Counted from the first letter of the stretch, positions 26,647 to 40,790 are shown. The stretch is 64,000 nucleotides of DNA from Octopus sinensis (GCF_006345805.1 NC_043003.1:85250001-85314000); one strand, 5' to 3'. The notes: generated by a model not told the origin, from the sequence alone. A program made the numbers and translations.

Positions 26647-27509
26647 AGTTTTTAAATGTATGCCTATGTGTGTTTGTATTGCATACTTGTGCCCTTTTTT
26701 ATATGTTTGCACATAATGGGAAGAAGTTAACTTTACTATTTATCACGTAATTCTCCAAAATTAAGTTTTAATCGATCATTCTAGAAAGAATTGTATTCTC
26801 CAGTATTGAATGAACTCTTGAGTTTTTAAAAGTTGGTCTCTCAAATGCTGTGCTGAAACACTTAGCCCTTGAGTCGGTTTTGTAACTTTTACTAATAAGG
26901 CAACAATCAACCCGAGGCTTTCGTAAGCGATACTTACCGTCAAACATACTGCGCAGTGGGATCGACCTGTGACTGGTAATTTTTTTTAAAACAGTCATGC
27001 TTGACGTAGAGCAGAAATCGGAAACGTCTCCGCTCCCAAAATTAATAAGAATTTGGGTGAAGTTGTTAGTATCAATACGTTCGAAATTGTAAAAGTCTCA
27101 GAAAGCAAACGCAATTTAAATATGCCTCCCACTCAACAAAATGTCAAGGAATAGGTTAAATTATTTTTCAAAAAAAAAATAAACACAGGTGCTGTGTCTA
27201 CAACAGAATATGAGTTTATATAACAATTCTCAGGATGTTGTCGAATAGCTTATCTCCTATTCCATATACAACAGCTAGATTCTTAATGATTTCATACAAT
27301 CACCGGTATTTTTACGTGAAATGAAGGTGAAGTCGTGAGAATCGTGCATGCTTTCACCAAGTGCTTTTGTAGCATAGGTATAGGGAAGGATTTTCGTATA
27401 CGAGTCGAAACCTCAAATATGGACTTTCAATTTTTATGATTCGTATAATCGGTCCTCTATTTTATAAAAGTGCGACCTTTGATGTGAAGGAGGAAAATAC
27501 AAACAGAGA

Positions 27510-29215
27510 AAAAAGCAGAGGGAGAATTACGGATGTCTTACCTGTCTACCTGGAAGGGGGCCACTCACAACATTCACATGGTCTGTCTACCGCCGAACCG
27601 TCAACCACGTCTCCCCTTGTACGCTGTGAAGCTGAGAACTTCCCGCTCAGCTGAGAACTGCCCCACGCAGCCGTTCCGGTGGTACCCGCAGGCCCCACTT
27701 CCAACAGGACCGCGCACCCCCTCACTTCCGGTCCTTGCCTCCAATACATCCTGGCTCATAACGCCACAAGCCCCCTTGATCTGAAGATCATTCAACCAAT
27801 CCGCCCACACCCTCTCCTCCAACCAGATCGCACATCTTAACTTGTCTCGTAATCAGCCAACCAGTGAGGAGGGCGCCGCTCCCTCTGCGATAGCCATGAA
27901 ACTTCAGGACTGACCTCAGTCACTGGCATGTTGCTGCCGTCTTCATCCTCTTGTTCATTGCTACTGGCTCCATCTTTCAACGCATTGATGATCCTGCGCA
28001 CGTCCAAAACATTTCGTTGCATTCCATCTACGGACACATTACACCTCGAATTTACAGAGGTTATTATCCCCTTCGTCCATTGTGATGTGCACCGCGCATT
28101 TGGGGATTTAACCCAAACTTCTTCCCCGACCTGCACAAAGGCATGCTCTTTCTCTTCCGCGGGTTGTGGTGATGCAGTACATGGATGTCTCCACTCGTAC
28201 TTGAATATTATTCTGTGTAGCATTGACTACTCAGCCTGTCCCGAGCTGGGGGACATATTGTACCAGAAATCGGCCTCGATCGGTGAGATGTGACCCCTCT
28301 CTGCCATGGTCTTAATGGTACGATGATGCCTCTCCACAACCCCATTGCCACTTTGCCAGTATGCTGCCCCGAAGAAGCGGTTAACATGCCACTTGTCGAG
28401 CATTTCTCTCAGCACCTCCGAGCGAAACGCAATGCCACTGTCCACAAGCAGTTCATAGAACGGAGCCTCGTTCTACGAATATCTTATTTAGTATTCGTGT
28501 GATTTCCTCCGTAGTTCTCGTCTTCACCTCCTTCCATATGGTCATCCGAACCGGTCTGCAGTCGACCATCGAGAGATATGTCCCCTGTCGGTAGTGCGTC
28601 ACGTCCACTGCCAGTCGTTTCCAGTTGTGTTCCACTGAAATACTTCCTGCCTCATGCACACCCGGAGCGGGGTCAATGGACTGGCACCTGTCGCAGCTTC
28701 CAACCACTTTCTGCACATTCTGCCAGGTCACGTCAGAGTCAATTTTCCTGGCTAGGAACAGGGTCCTGTCTACCTCCATGTGATGCATGGTATGCAGTCT
28801 CCCCAGCTCCGAGTCACTCAGTCGACACACTGCAGCCACTCCTTGCTCCGGATCCTCCGGAACCTGCAACAAAGCTTTGCTTACTCTGGTCAGGACGTCT
28901 GCTCTGTTCTTCACAGAGGGCACAAAAACCACACGTCTCTTCTCGTACGCTGACGAGATGGGAACTGCCCACTCACGCGTTGCAGACGCACATACCCACC
29001 GCAGCCGTTCCGTTGGCATTCGCCGGCCCCACTTCCGACAGGACCTGCGCACTCCCTCACTTCCGGTCCTTACCTCCAATATAGCCTGGCTCACAACACT
29101 ACACGACCATAAAGTTGCAATGTTCATACATTTCTCGAAAGCAATACTGACATAATCGAAACCGTATTGCAGACTAAATTCCCTTAAGTCTTTCCTCCGC
29201 TTGTTACACAAGAAA
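27510..29215 (-). mobile_element. Internally deleted Gypsy-like LTR retrotransposon
   Basis: End of RNase H (VPSVKNRADVLTR), integrase HHCC (H..H..CDRC), LAVD, DSG..F and GNGVVERHH across frameshifts. Diverged direct repeats at ~27620-27770 and ~28930-29100. Confidence 0.9.
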
Positions 29216-29229
29216 AAAGAGATTGATTT

Positions 29230-30120
29230 CGTTTTACCAAATTCAGCTTTGATTTTCCCAGTTAATGTATCCGGACGGGTGGGTAGGAACTATACCCATG
29301 ATTTTCACTGGCTCTACAGACTGACCAGATTAATGAGATTAAAGCAGATACAGGTTGGCAACTGTAGGGAGAATATGTGCTGGGAGAGAAGTTCGAGTGA
29401 GTTAGTGTATTTAAGAAGACCAAATGGACTATGTAATTAGTATGGAAACTTAGGGGAAACACAGAATGGGTGATGAGAAGGGGAGAGGTGAATGTGATGA
29501 GAGAATTTAGCTGGAGGTGGCATTCTACTAGTTAGTTCACTCAAATAGAGATTATTGTAGTAACGGTATAAGTATTGGACTCGGAAGACAGAACATCTGT
29601 AGGACAGTGTTGACTGAAACATTACCAAACAGTCAAATGGCTATCTTTTGGATGCACTCCAAGATGTTTTGTGAGTATTAGTAATGCCGTACCGGGGGTG
29701 GGAGCAGTACTATTTCAGTGCGAGTATTTCGATGCTTTATGTGGATTCAAGAGTTTTTCAAAATTAAAGTACTTAAGTAGCAGGTGAGTCTCTGAATCTA
29801 AGATACTATGAGAAATCTCCAGTGATTGTGAGACCTAGTAGTGATTATGGTTGTGTATTGACCAAGACTAAAGAAGTTAGAGTACATCAAGACTTTTGTG
29901 AAATAATTGTACATATGTGGTGCTGACAGAAATAAAATTATATTCATAGAAGTATATTACGACAGGAGCGATGGCCAATGGACATTTACAAATAATCCTG
30001 TGAATTCAAGCCTGCGGAAAACTTCCTCACACCCACCAATCAGTGTTGGATATCTTGAAATGGCTTATATATGCCGCCCTTCTTTCGGCAGCTATAATCT
30101 TAACAAAGAGAGACAGTTGT
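29230..30120 (-). mobile_element. CR1-group LINE 3' fragment
   Basis: Degraded YRCSV..LYRYYNNLYLSELTSRMPPPAKF..HPFCVS, typical of CR1-like C-termini. Confidence 0.6.
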
Positions 30121-30186
30121 AAGGAAAGAAAATGAAATAATTGTTTATTATTTGGGATCTGTTAAAATGTGTGTGTGTGTGTACAC

Positions 30187-30217
<31 letters not shown>

Positions 30218-31021
30218 TGTATGTATGTGTTCTGCAGGACATAAAAGAATTCTCGAACGCAGGTTGGCTGCAAAGAGAGCTTAGAAATACCCTTTTAGAA
30301 GACAGAAAAATGTGCGTCTGGGGGACGACTCCTTCATAACGCTGGTTGTTAAATCACCGGAAAGCTATAGACAGGCGAGACAACTCACCTCCGATCGAAT
30401 TCAAGAGTGATGGATACCGATATTTCACCATTTTTGTTGCTTATCGAAGCGGTGTCGAATCGAATCGCTAGTCTATGACAACGTGTAAATAGTGTAAGAA
30501 CTATTTGATGATATGCTTAGGTGAGGCACACGTATATCAATAAAACATAACAAAAGAATGACTTACTAATACAAGCTTACTCTATTTTAGAATCACATAA
30601 TAACATCGAGAGAATAGAGAACCCGTGCGTGGGATACAGTAATAAAAACAATGATTTTTAACATTGGCACAATGCCACATATTTGGGGAAGAAAGATATA
30701 AAGTTAATTCACTCCACTTCAATAGTTTTATTACTTTACTTATTTTATATCACATTTCGTAAGCAATATACGTTAGTTAGAACAGACCAACCATTGGTTC
30801 ACTGCATCTTACAATGGCGAGTATAACGAATGGGATTTTATAGTTTTTTTCTGGCCGCGGTTTCTATTTTCCGTAGATATACATCAGCAACACATACTTT
30901 CACGTGCACATAGGAGCTCACGTACTCGCACGCACATACACACATAATAAAATATACAGCCGTACATTTTGGGGTACATTTTGACAGGAGAGCAAATGCG
31001 AAGATAGGCATATGCCTGTGT

Positions 31022-31077
<56 letters not shown>

Positions 31078-31289
31078 GTGAGTGCGTGTGTGTGTTGTGT
31101 AAGTGTGTGTATGTACGTTCACAAGTGCAAACGAGAAGGTACGCAATATATAGAGAATTTATATATTCGCTTGTTATTCACTTGGAGACAATCTGAAGAA
31201 CAACACACGCGGGAAACTCCGAGTAGCACTAAATTGAATCCTCGATATTAAACAGATGTGTGTGTGTATGATTGCGCGCGCGCGCGTGT

Positions 31290-31445
31290 GTGTGTGTGTG
31301 CTTCTGTGTGTGGTAAGAAGCCTGGTTCCCAACCACATGATTCTACTACATGGCACCTTGGACAAGTGTTTTCTACTATAGCTTGGGGCCGACCAAAACG
31401 TTGTGAGTGGATCTGGAAGACAGAAACTGAAAGAAGCCCGTCCAA
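31290..31445 (+). mobile_element. CORE-type SINE head
   Basis: GGTAAGAAGCCTGG..CATGGCACCTTGGACAAGTG..GTGAGTGGAT. Confidence 0.75.
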
Positions 31446-32317
31446 TCTGTGTGTGTATGCGTGTGTGTGTCTGTGTCTGTCTGTGTGTAACTGCTCTCGA
31501 TAATTGTTTTGGATGTGGTCGCGAGCAGATACAGGCATCTTCTTGATACGCTCACACTTAATCCAAATGCTGGAGTGTGAAAGAGCGGTATCAAAAGTAG
31601 GCTAGAATTCACTATTAAGCAGATGATCTGAAGCAATGTAAATGAAGTTCTAAATGAAAAACCTTGCTCAAGGACATTATGCATTATCCGGTATGGAAAT
31701 TGCACCTGTAACATTGTAATCATGATGATGACAGTACCATAACAACTAATCGACGTGAGTGGCATTGCCAGCCTGCACAACTTGGCAATCTGCTTCCCAG
31801 GTTAGGGTGTTGTGTGATGAGATGATAGGTACCTGGTATTACAGAACCCCAAAGCACAGACCACCGACCGATTTAGAAAGAATAGAGATTCCTTTTTCAA
31901 GAACCTAGACATGCAGATTCCCATGCAAACGAGTTTGACCAGAGTGACATCACTTTAAACCTAACTATTTATCAGTACTTCACTTACTAGAATCGAAATT
32001 AATCTCTTCATTTTATCCACAACATTCCAACAAACCTAGGAATATCACAAGTAATTTGAATTAAAATATCTCAATTAGTCTATCACACTTTTCTACAGAC
32101 CGACAGATATTTAATGATGCAACTAAATATTATAATGATGCTCTTTCTAGGAGAGGATTAATAACCCAGCATAGTTATGGATCAGCAAACGGTATTATTT
32201 GTGCTTCGTGGAACTGCTAACCGCCTATCGCATTTCAGCGGCTATTATCGGGCTTTCAAAGTACCGCGAGTCTTCTGCGGCAGACCGTTCAGCTAAGCAT
32301 TAAAGTTGACCACCAAA

Positions 32318-32650
32318 GGCGGCGAGCTGGCAGAATCGTTAGCACGCCGGGCGAAATGCGTAGCCGTATTTCGTCTGCCGTTACGTTGTGAGTTCAAATT
32401 CCGCCGAGGTCGACTTTGCCTTTCATCCATTCGGGGTCGATAAATTAAGGACCGTCTGTCTGTCCTTGTTTGTCTCCTCTGTGTTTAGCCCCTTGTGGAT
32501 AGTATTTCGTCTGCCGTTACGTTCTGAGTTCAAATTCCACCGGGGTCAACTTTACTTTTTATCTTTTCGGGTTCGATTAAATAAGTACCAATTACGCACT
32601 GGGATCGATGTAATCGACTTAATCCCTTCCCCCAAATTTGAGGCCTTGTA
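32318..32650 (+). mobile_element. Meta-like SINE dimer
   Basis: Head plus two B-box/central-domain units. Confidence 0.85.
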
Positions 32651-33299
32651 TTTCCAGTACAAGGATTAAAGTTAACGACCATCTCCGACTCATTGTCGCC
32701 GGCTAACTGCTGCTTAATATTCGCATACGTCTGTTGGAACCAAGTACCTAGGATCACAAGAAAAGAAGGAGCTCCTCGTCAAACTTGCAGTCACAGCAAC
32801 AGATAATAACATTTTTTTAATTTAGACACAAGGCCAGTAATTTCGAGAATAGATGTAATTCGAAACTATTGACTTCAGTATTTGACTGGTATATTATTTT
32901 ATCGACTCCGAAATGATGAAAGATAAAGTTGACTTCACCAGAGTTTGAATTTAGTATATGTAAAGCGTCGCAAGAAATATTGCAAAACATTTTCTTCGAC
33001 TCTTTAGCGATTCCGCAAACCACTAAGGACTTGATAAAGTCCTGCAAAATACAATGTACGTTGTACGGAAGACATAAATTTGTGTGGACAGACGAGTTAT
33101 GTATAAATGAAAACCGGTTGAAATAAATTATACAATTAAAGTTGGGACAAGTTGAAAGATTTCGAGACGCATAACTAATTGCACAGAAACAAATAAAAAT
33201 TCATAATAAAATATACAATAATTAAAGCATGATATAATTTCAGCAGAAAAATAGAGCTTCGCACTTGGATGAGAAAATAGGTCGGATCACAGTACCCTA

Positions 33300-33960
33300 T
33301 GTTTCCAGTGTCTGCCATTACTCGTACAGCTGCTTCGTGCACCCCAATATTAAAATATTTGAGTTGGATGGGGTAGGAAATAACATATTGCTCAAGAGAA
33401 CGTTTCTGTCAGTTTAACAATATTTTTTATATTACTTTCATATTACTTTTACATCCTGTACTTCGAGTATCCTTTATAATTCAACTTCAACTGCATCTCA
33501 GTAAGAAATACATTCCCGTGATACATGTTCTTCCACACATGCCTGCAAATTTTATTTGGTCTTGGAAGAATAGTGAAATGCAATTCATCATCTTCTTTGT
33601 CGCTGTCTTCATTATTATTCTGATGAAGGACAAGAGTGTTTTGAAGAAGAGCATTATTGTACTTCCGGGGAGGCATACCATTGTTTGTTTTAAGGACTGT
33701 GTTCCTCAACACTCTTTTTTATTGTTCTCTGTTTATGTTAATCTTTTTTTTCCCCTTTGCGCTCCTACTGACGGTTTGGAAACTTTCTTCTTCAACCATC
33801 ATTTCTCCCTCGTCACAATACAATAGAGTGGTGCTACTGGTTGCTATAGTTGGGGAAAGGGATATCTGCAAATCTTGCAAATCCATACTGAGCTTACCCG
33901 ACATTCTAAGTTAACAATTCTCACATGTTTCGATGCAGAGGTGACAACCAGCAACGGGCC
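33300..33960 (-). mobile_element. Degraded retroelement-like ORF (ORF1-like)
   Basis: Consecutive in-frame ORFs 33719-33904 and 33449-33712 separated by a stop; adjoins a palindrome and a half-hammerhead. No diagnostic domain recognised. Confidence 0.3.
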
Positions 33961-33968
33961 CACATTCT

Positions 33969-34147
33969 AAGTTCATAGACCCCGAATGGCATCTGACCGT
34001 CTTCAAAATCATATAAAAGGTATAATTTATGACCTGCCTACCCGCCGACACACATTCAGTGAATGTGTGTCGGCGGGTAGGTAGGTCATAAATTATACCT
34101 TTTATGATTTTGAAGACGGTCAGATGCCATTCGGGGTTTATGAACTT
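33969..34147. repeat. ~89-bp-arm palindrome with 1-nt spacer
   Basis: Centre CACATTCA-G-TGAATGTG at 34059; two substitutions and one 2-bp indel between arms. Confidence 0.95.
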
Positions 34148-34475
34148 CGTCTATTTTGTATGTTTGTATAATCGTACTGTGGAGGTGTGTGTGTGCGTCT
34201 CTGTGTGTACGTGTGTGTTTTGTGTGTGTGTGTGTGTGTGTGTGCGTGTGTGTGTGTGTGTGTGTATCTCTGTGTGTTTGGAGTAGGGGGGAGAGACAAA
34301 TAGAGAAAAGGGAAAATAAAAATAAAAATAAAATAAGGGAGGAAGATGAGGAGAGAAGAAAATATATATATGTGTCTGTATATGTGTGGGTATATATATA
34401 TGTGTGTAGATATATATGTGCGTGTGTTTGCGTGTTTGCATGTATGTGTATGTGTATTTGTATATATGTGTATGT

Positions 34476-34507
<32 letters not shown>

Positions 34508-34910
34508 GTATATATATATATATATGTGTGTGTGCTAGTGTATTTATATGTATGTATGTGGGTGTCTGTATGTATATACATGGGCATATGTATATGTATG
34601 TGTATGGATATTCGCATGTGTATGTATGTGGGTCTGTATGTATATTTATTTTATATGTTCTTTCATGTATATTTATCTACTTCTTCCCTCCACTTAATAA
34701 CAACAACAACAAACTGACTAAAAGCAATAGTCTTCTAATTTACCTAAAACTCTATTCAATTATTTATTCATTTATTTACTTTATCACTGATTCTTTTGAC
34801 CACTCCCCTAAGAACGACAGTTTGTGCCCTGCTTACCCAAAAAACGTCCCCCACCACCACCCCATTAAATTTGCCTAAATGTATAAATACCAGAACTTAT
34901 TTTGACAGCA

Positions 34911-34961
34911 AGCTTCCTGATGATTTCATTTGAATGAAACAGTTCTAGTCCTGTAGAAGCT
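34911..34961 (+). ncRNA. Type I hammerhead ribozyme candidate
   Basis: Stem I AGCTTC/GAAGCT; CTGATGA; stem II T-TTC(attt)GAA-T; GAAA; stem III ACAG/CTGT; GUA triplet at 34953-34955. Confidence 0.75.
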
Positions 34962-35043
34962 CCTTCTATAAAATAAATTAATTTACTCTGCTATGTATTG
35001 AGTACCTTATTTACTGTGGTTAACCCCGACTCAACCCGGGACC

Positions 35044-35104
<61 letters not shown>

Positions 35105-35120
35105 ATATATATAGATACAT

Positions 35121-35164
<44 letters not shown>

Positions 35165-35347
35165 TAATAATAATAATAATAATAATATGAGGGAATATTA
35201 TTCCAAACTTACATATATATATATATATATATATCACGTGATCACGTGACCGACCAGACCATCAGATGTTTTACACATCGCTGGTCACAATGCGTTCGCA
35301 TTGTTTTAGCCTTCGAATGACGCCACCCCGCTGGCTAAGCGAGCAAG

Positions 35348-35384
<37 letters not shown>

Positions 35385-35390
<6 letters not shown>

Positions 35391-35575
35391 TAACGGGAAG
35401 GTTTACGAAAATAAACAAAAGACGAAGGCAGTTGGAGTACAAACAAACAAATGTATTAGTATGGCGCTTAGGAATAGAAATAGAACAAGTCTTTTACTCT
35501 TCGACAGAAAGATACACAGAAAAAAAAAACAAGGAGAGAAAAAAATGCGTGTAGGAGCTAACGATTTATCATGGT
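35385..35575 (-). mobile_element. Penelope-like terminal fragment (family of 53927-54062)
   Basis: Reverse complement shares GTCTTCGTCTTTTGTTT and TTTCTGT(C/T)GAAGAG..TAAAAGACTT with the 53.95-kb copy. Confidence 0.5.
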
Positions 35576-35839
35576 GATATATATATAACGCCACAACGCC
35601 AAAATAAAGAACTATATTTCATTAAAAAATTTAGACCAAGTTTAAACACCCTGGGCCAGGAATACTAAAACAAAAGATAAGTCCTCCGAAAAGGAGAACC
35701 AAATTTCACCACGGCCGCTACTTCAAACAGACACTCACTCTGACGGAAATATGCCTTAGTAAAAAAGGAAAAAAAAATTCTTTTCGTGCAAATCTGACCC
35801 TGATACATACGATACAGCTAAGGGTCAGACCCGATTCTG

Positions 35840-36300
35840 ATTGGTCAACAAGTTGATGACGTCTAGCTCTGCTAGAATGGACAGGATACAAACAGGGGAC
35901 AGTCATTAGAGAATATTGATGACGTCCTTTTCTGCTTGAATAGTCACTTAACAAGTACAGACAGGGGGCAGATCTAATGTAGCTATAAGTCGTGATTGGG
36001 CAGAATCTGGATGACGTCCCGCTCTGCTTGACTAACGAAGCGACTGGTCAAAACAGGAAACAAACAAGAGGCAGATATAATGCAGCGATTGGTCAAAATA
36101 ATGATGACGTCCCGTTCTACTTGACTAACGAAGCGACTGGTCAAAACAGGAAACAAACAAGAGGGAGTATAATGCAGCGATTGGTCAAAATAATGATGAC
36201 GTCCCGTTCTACTTGATTAAAGCCACCTAACGAAACGATTGGTCAAAACATTGATGACGTCACGCTACGCTAGATTGACCACCTAACAGGCATTATAAAA
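35840..36300 (+). promoter_or_regulatory. Array of CCAAT(ATTGG)+CRE(TGACGTC) modules followed by TATA box
   Basis: ATTGG-N12-TGACGTC at 35840, 35995, 36088, 36180 and 36238; ATTAG variant at 35905; TATAAAA at 36294-36300. Confidence 0.7.
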
Positions 36301-36637
36301 CCGAGCATTTCACAAAAACTCACTAGAACCACCCAGCGAACTTCCACCATGGGTCATCACAATTGCTTACGGTAAAAATGAATTCCTCGCTCTTTCGGAA
36401 ACATCAATCTTCTGTATTGACCGCTTTCCACCACTTTGATCTGTTTTTTGTATTGAATACGTATCGCCACCGTGGGCCACTGCATCGAACACTTTGAACA
36501 TATACTTCAAACTATATATCAACTATACATGAACTATATATCAACTATACATGAACTCTAAGATGTCTGACTCCGTTGTGTATTATAAATGATTTCTTGT
36601 GTTTGACGGCATGAGCTGTCTTTTTTATATATAATTT

Positions 36638-36670
36638 TTGATAAGGTTCATTCAGGAACTGAAACATGTT
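36638..36670 (+). ncRNA. Hammerhead-like motif with U3/A8 core
   Basis: TTGATAA-GGTTC(attcag)GAACT-GAAA-CATGT-T; stem I weak. Confidence 0.4.
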
Positions 36671-36735
36671 ATAATGTATACATAAAAATTAAAAATTGTA
36701 TAATACAGCAGCATTTTCGAACTTCATTTTTTACA

Positions 36736-36784
<49 letters not shown>

Positions 36785-36788
36785 ATAT

Positions 36789-36820
<32 letters not shown>

Positions 36821-37029
36821 CAAGAGAAAAGCATTACCATCGAAAAAAAGCATAGTCATATGAAGGAAATGATGGAAGGAAAAGTTTGATAGGGGAAAAG
36901 CTCCTCCTACGAGTAAATTACGATAAAATTTTTGTCCTTCCTAACTCAGAACATAAAGATGGACGAAATGCTGTTAAGCATTTTTTCCAGCGGGCTGACG
37001 ATTCTACCACTTCACCGCATGCAGTACCA

Positions 37030-37540
37030 GGCACTTGCTTTCACGGCTACTGATCTTAACTGATTGGAAGTGTTATCATGTACATTGTTTTGTCTTGGTA
37101 TAAAAGATGGGCTACAGCAAATATTCTGCTCAATACCACAGATTTGCTTGTCAGTTGCTTGACCTTAACCAATTGAGCATCTCCCTCGGTGGATGACAAT
37201 ATGTGCATCTCTGATCACGAGAAGGGATAGTGGGGGAGCATCATAGCTATATGTTGAGAGGAATTAGTTGAGGTTTGAATAATTCACCTTTGGAAACATG
37301 AGTGTTTCGATCAACATCCTTAAACAGACCTGATTTAGAGCGTGATGGGCTACTCGACCTGAAGAAAATTCTAACTGGGCCCCACCTGCAAGGTCATGCG
37401 CTGTTTATTTTAATATGAGATCCCCATGTCGTGCGCATATGGTTGTGATGCATGTGCCTGGTATACCTTATCAGACAGGTAGTCATGATGGGTATATTGA
37501 ACTTCGTATATTTTACCCCAGGGCCACTTTGATGTTATAC
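37030..37540 (-). mobile_element. SINE-associated repeat body
   Basis: Joined to a Meta-like SINE head at 36940-37030; family and strand not firmly assigned. Confidence 0.45.
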
Positions 37541-37914
37541 ACTGTTCTCTTACTCAATAATGATGATGGTGGTGGTGGTGGTGGTAATGATGAAGATTTG
37601 AAATTAAGGCACAAGGGGTAACATTTTCGGTGGAGGAGGTAAATCTATTACAAAGACTCTAGTGTTCGACTGGTACATATTTTATCGACCCCGAAAAGAT
37701 GAAAGGTAAAGTCGCTAAGAATTTTACCTGCTGTGCTAACGATTCTGCAAGCTGTTCTGTAAAGCTTGTACAGGACGTTTGCCATATTAGGGACAGGAAA
37801 GATTATCAGGAGGGTTCTTAGCACTTGAAAAACTATTGAAAGTTTGTGGATACTTAAGATTACAGGTAGTAACCCACTACCCACATAAATCCCACCAGAA
37901 ATAAGACTGAACCT

Positions 37915-39170
<1,256 letters not shown>

Positions 39171-39179
39171 AGATAGTCA

Positions 39180-39250
39180 AGTAAATAAACAGGAAGACAG
39201 ACAGACAGACAGACAGACAGACAGGCAGACAGACAGACAGACAGACAGAC

Positions 39251-39324
<74 letters not shown>

Positions 39325-39551
39325 GCATTACACACAAGCTCATATATATATTCAAAGGCTAGGACAGATAGACTGGTAAATACATACATACATACATACA
39401 TACATACATACATACATACATACACACATACATACATAGATACATACATACATACATACATAAGCAAGTTGGTAGATATACCGAAAGGTAGATATGTAAA
39501 TAGTTTGTAGGAAGGAGTCCGCGCGACGCGTAGAGTGCGAGAGAAGCAAAC

Positions 39552-39643
<92 letters not shown>

Positions 39644-39677
39644 GGATGGATAGACAGATAGATAGATAGATAGATAC

Positions 39678-39750
<73 letters not shown>

Positions 39751-39751
39751 C

Positions 39752-39806
<55 letters not shown>

Positions 39807-39811
39807 CAGAC

Positions 39812-39882
<71 letters not shown>

Positions 39883-39885
39883 AAG
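39180..39885. repeat. Very long (GATA)n/(GACA)n/(CATA)n tract
   Basis: Direct reading; source of the IYLS ORFs. Confidence 0.97.
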
Positions 39886-40529
39886 TGGGGAAGAGAAAAA
39901 CGTGAGAACAATAATCTATAGAAAGTAGTTTGCAGATCTTGCACATACCTGGATATTATGGGAATGTCTTGTTTAACCAACTAACATACAATAGCAACAC
40001 CTGAATTGAGACAACTGGTTCCCTTGTGCAATGCATTCTTCCGTTGTCATCGTCGTGGCTATTGTCCGAGTCATTAATTAACATAATGTTTTTAGTTATT
40101 GTTGTTTTTATGCTGTGTGTATTAGTATAGTTGTTATGGGATATTATTGTTGGCATTACTGTTATTACAACTATTGCTATCGCTGTTATTACTGTTATTA
40201 CCACTATTGGTTATTGCTGTTATTTCCATATATGTTATTTCCATATATGTTATTTCTATAAATAATATTGACGTTATTACTTTTTTTCTTACCGTTATTA
40301 CTTTTGCTAAAGCTCTTGTTATCACCATTGTTACTGCAGTTGTTATTACCACTGTTATTGCCACGTTGATATTATTACTACAGACATTCATGTTATTGTT
40401 GCTGCTGTTATTAACGTCGCTATTGCTTGGTTGTTGTTGTTGTTGTTGTTGTTACTCTTATTACTTCTCTTACCGGTGTTATTATTACTGCTATTATTGA
40501 CGTTATTACTGTTGTCATTACTGTTATTT

Positions 40530-40790
40530 GGAGGCGCAGTTCCCCAGTGGTTAGGGCAACGGACTCACGGTCGGAGGATCGCAGTTTCGATTCCCAGACC
40601 GAGCGTTGTGTGTGTTTATTGAGCGAAAACACCTAAAAAGCTCCACGACCCCTGTAGTACTCTTTCGTCACAACTTTCTCTCACTCTCTCTTCCTGTTTC
40701 TTGAGTAACGCAGCGATGGACTGGCGGGAACACATACGCCACAGAAACCGGGAAACCGGGCCCATGAGCCTGGATAGGCTTGAAAAGGGC
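40530..40790 (+). mobile_element. V-domain-like tRNA-SINE
   Basis: Homologous to 22818-23105. Confidence 0.75.

Larger units (their letters stand above)
35588..36740 (+). mobile_element. Penelope-like element 3' end: GIY-YIG C-terminus plus terminal repeat (pLTR)
   Basis: 35588-35668 translates TPQRQNKELYFIKKFRPSLNTLGQEY*, the PLE endonuclease C-terminal pattern; followed by ~1 kb shared with 60921-61915. Confidence 0.75.

Noticed and set aside
27436-29155. Several plus-strand ORFs of 70-168 aa
   Set aside because: Antisense shadows of the Gypsy pol and LTR sequence.
33915-33936. Complete hammerhead on the minus strand
   Set aside because: Only the 3' half is present and position 17 is G; noted only as a remnant.
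35990-36260. CRISPR-like repeat/spacer array
   Set aside because: ~92-bp units repeat in full with no unique spacers, no cas genes, and a eukaryotic context.
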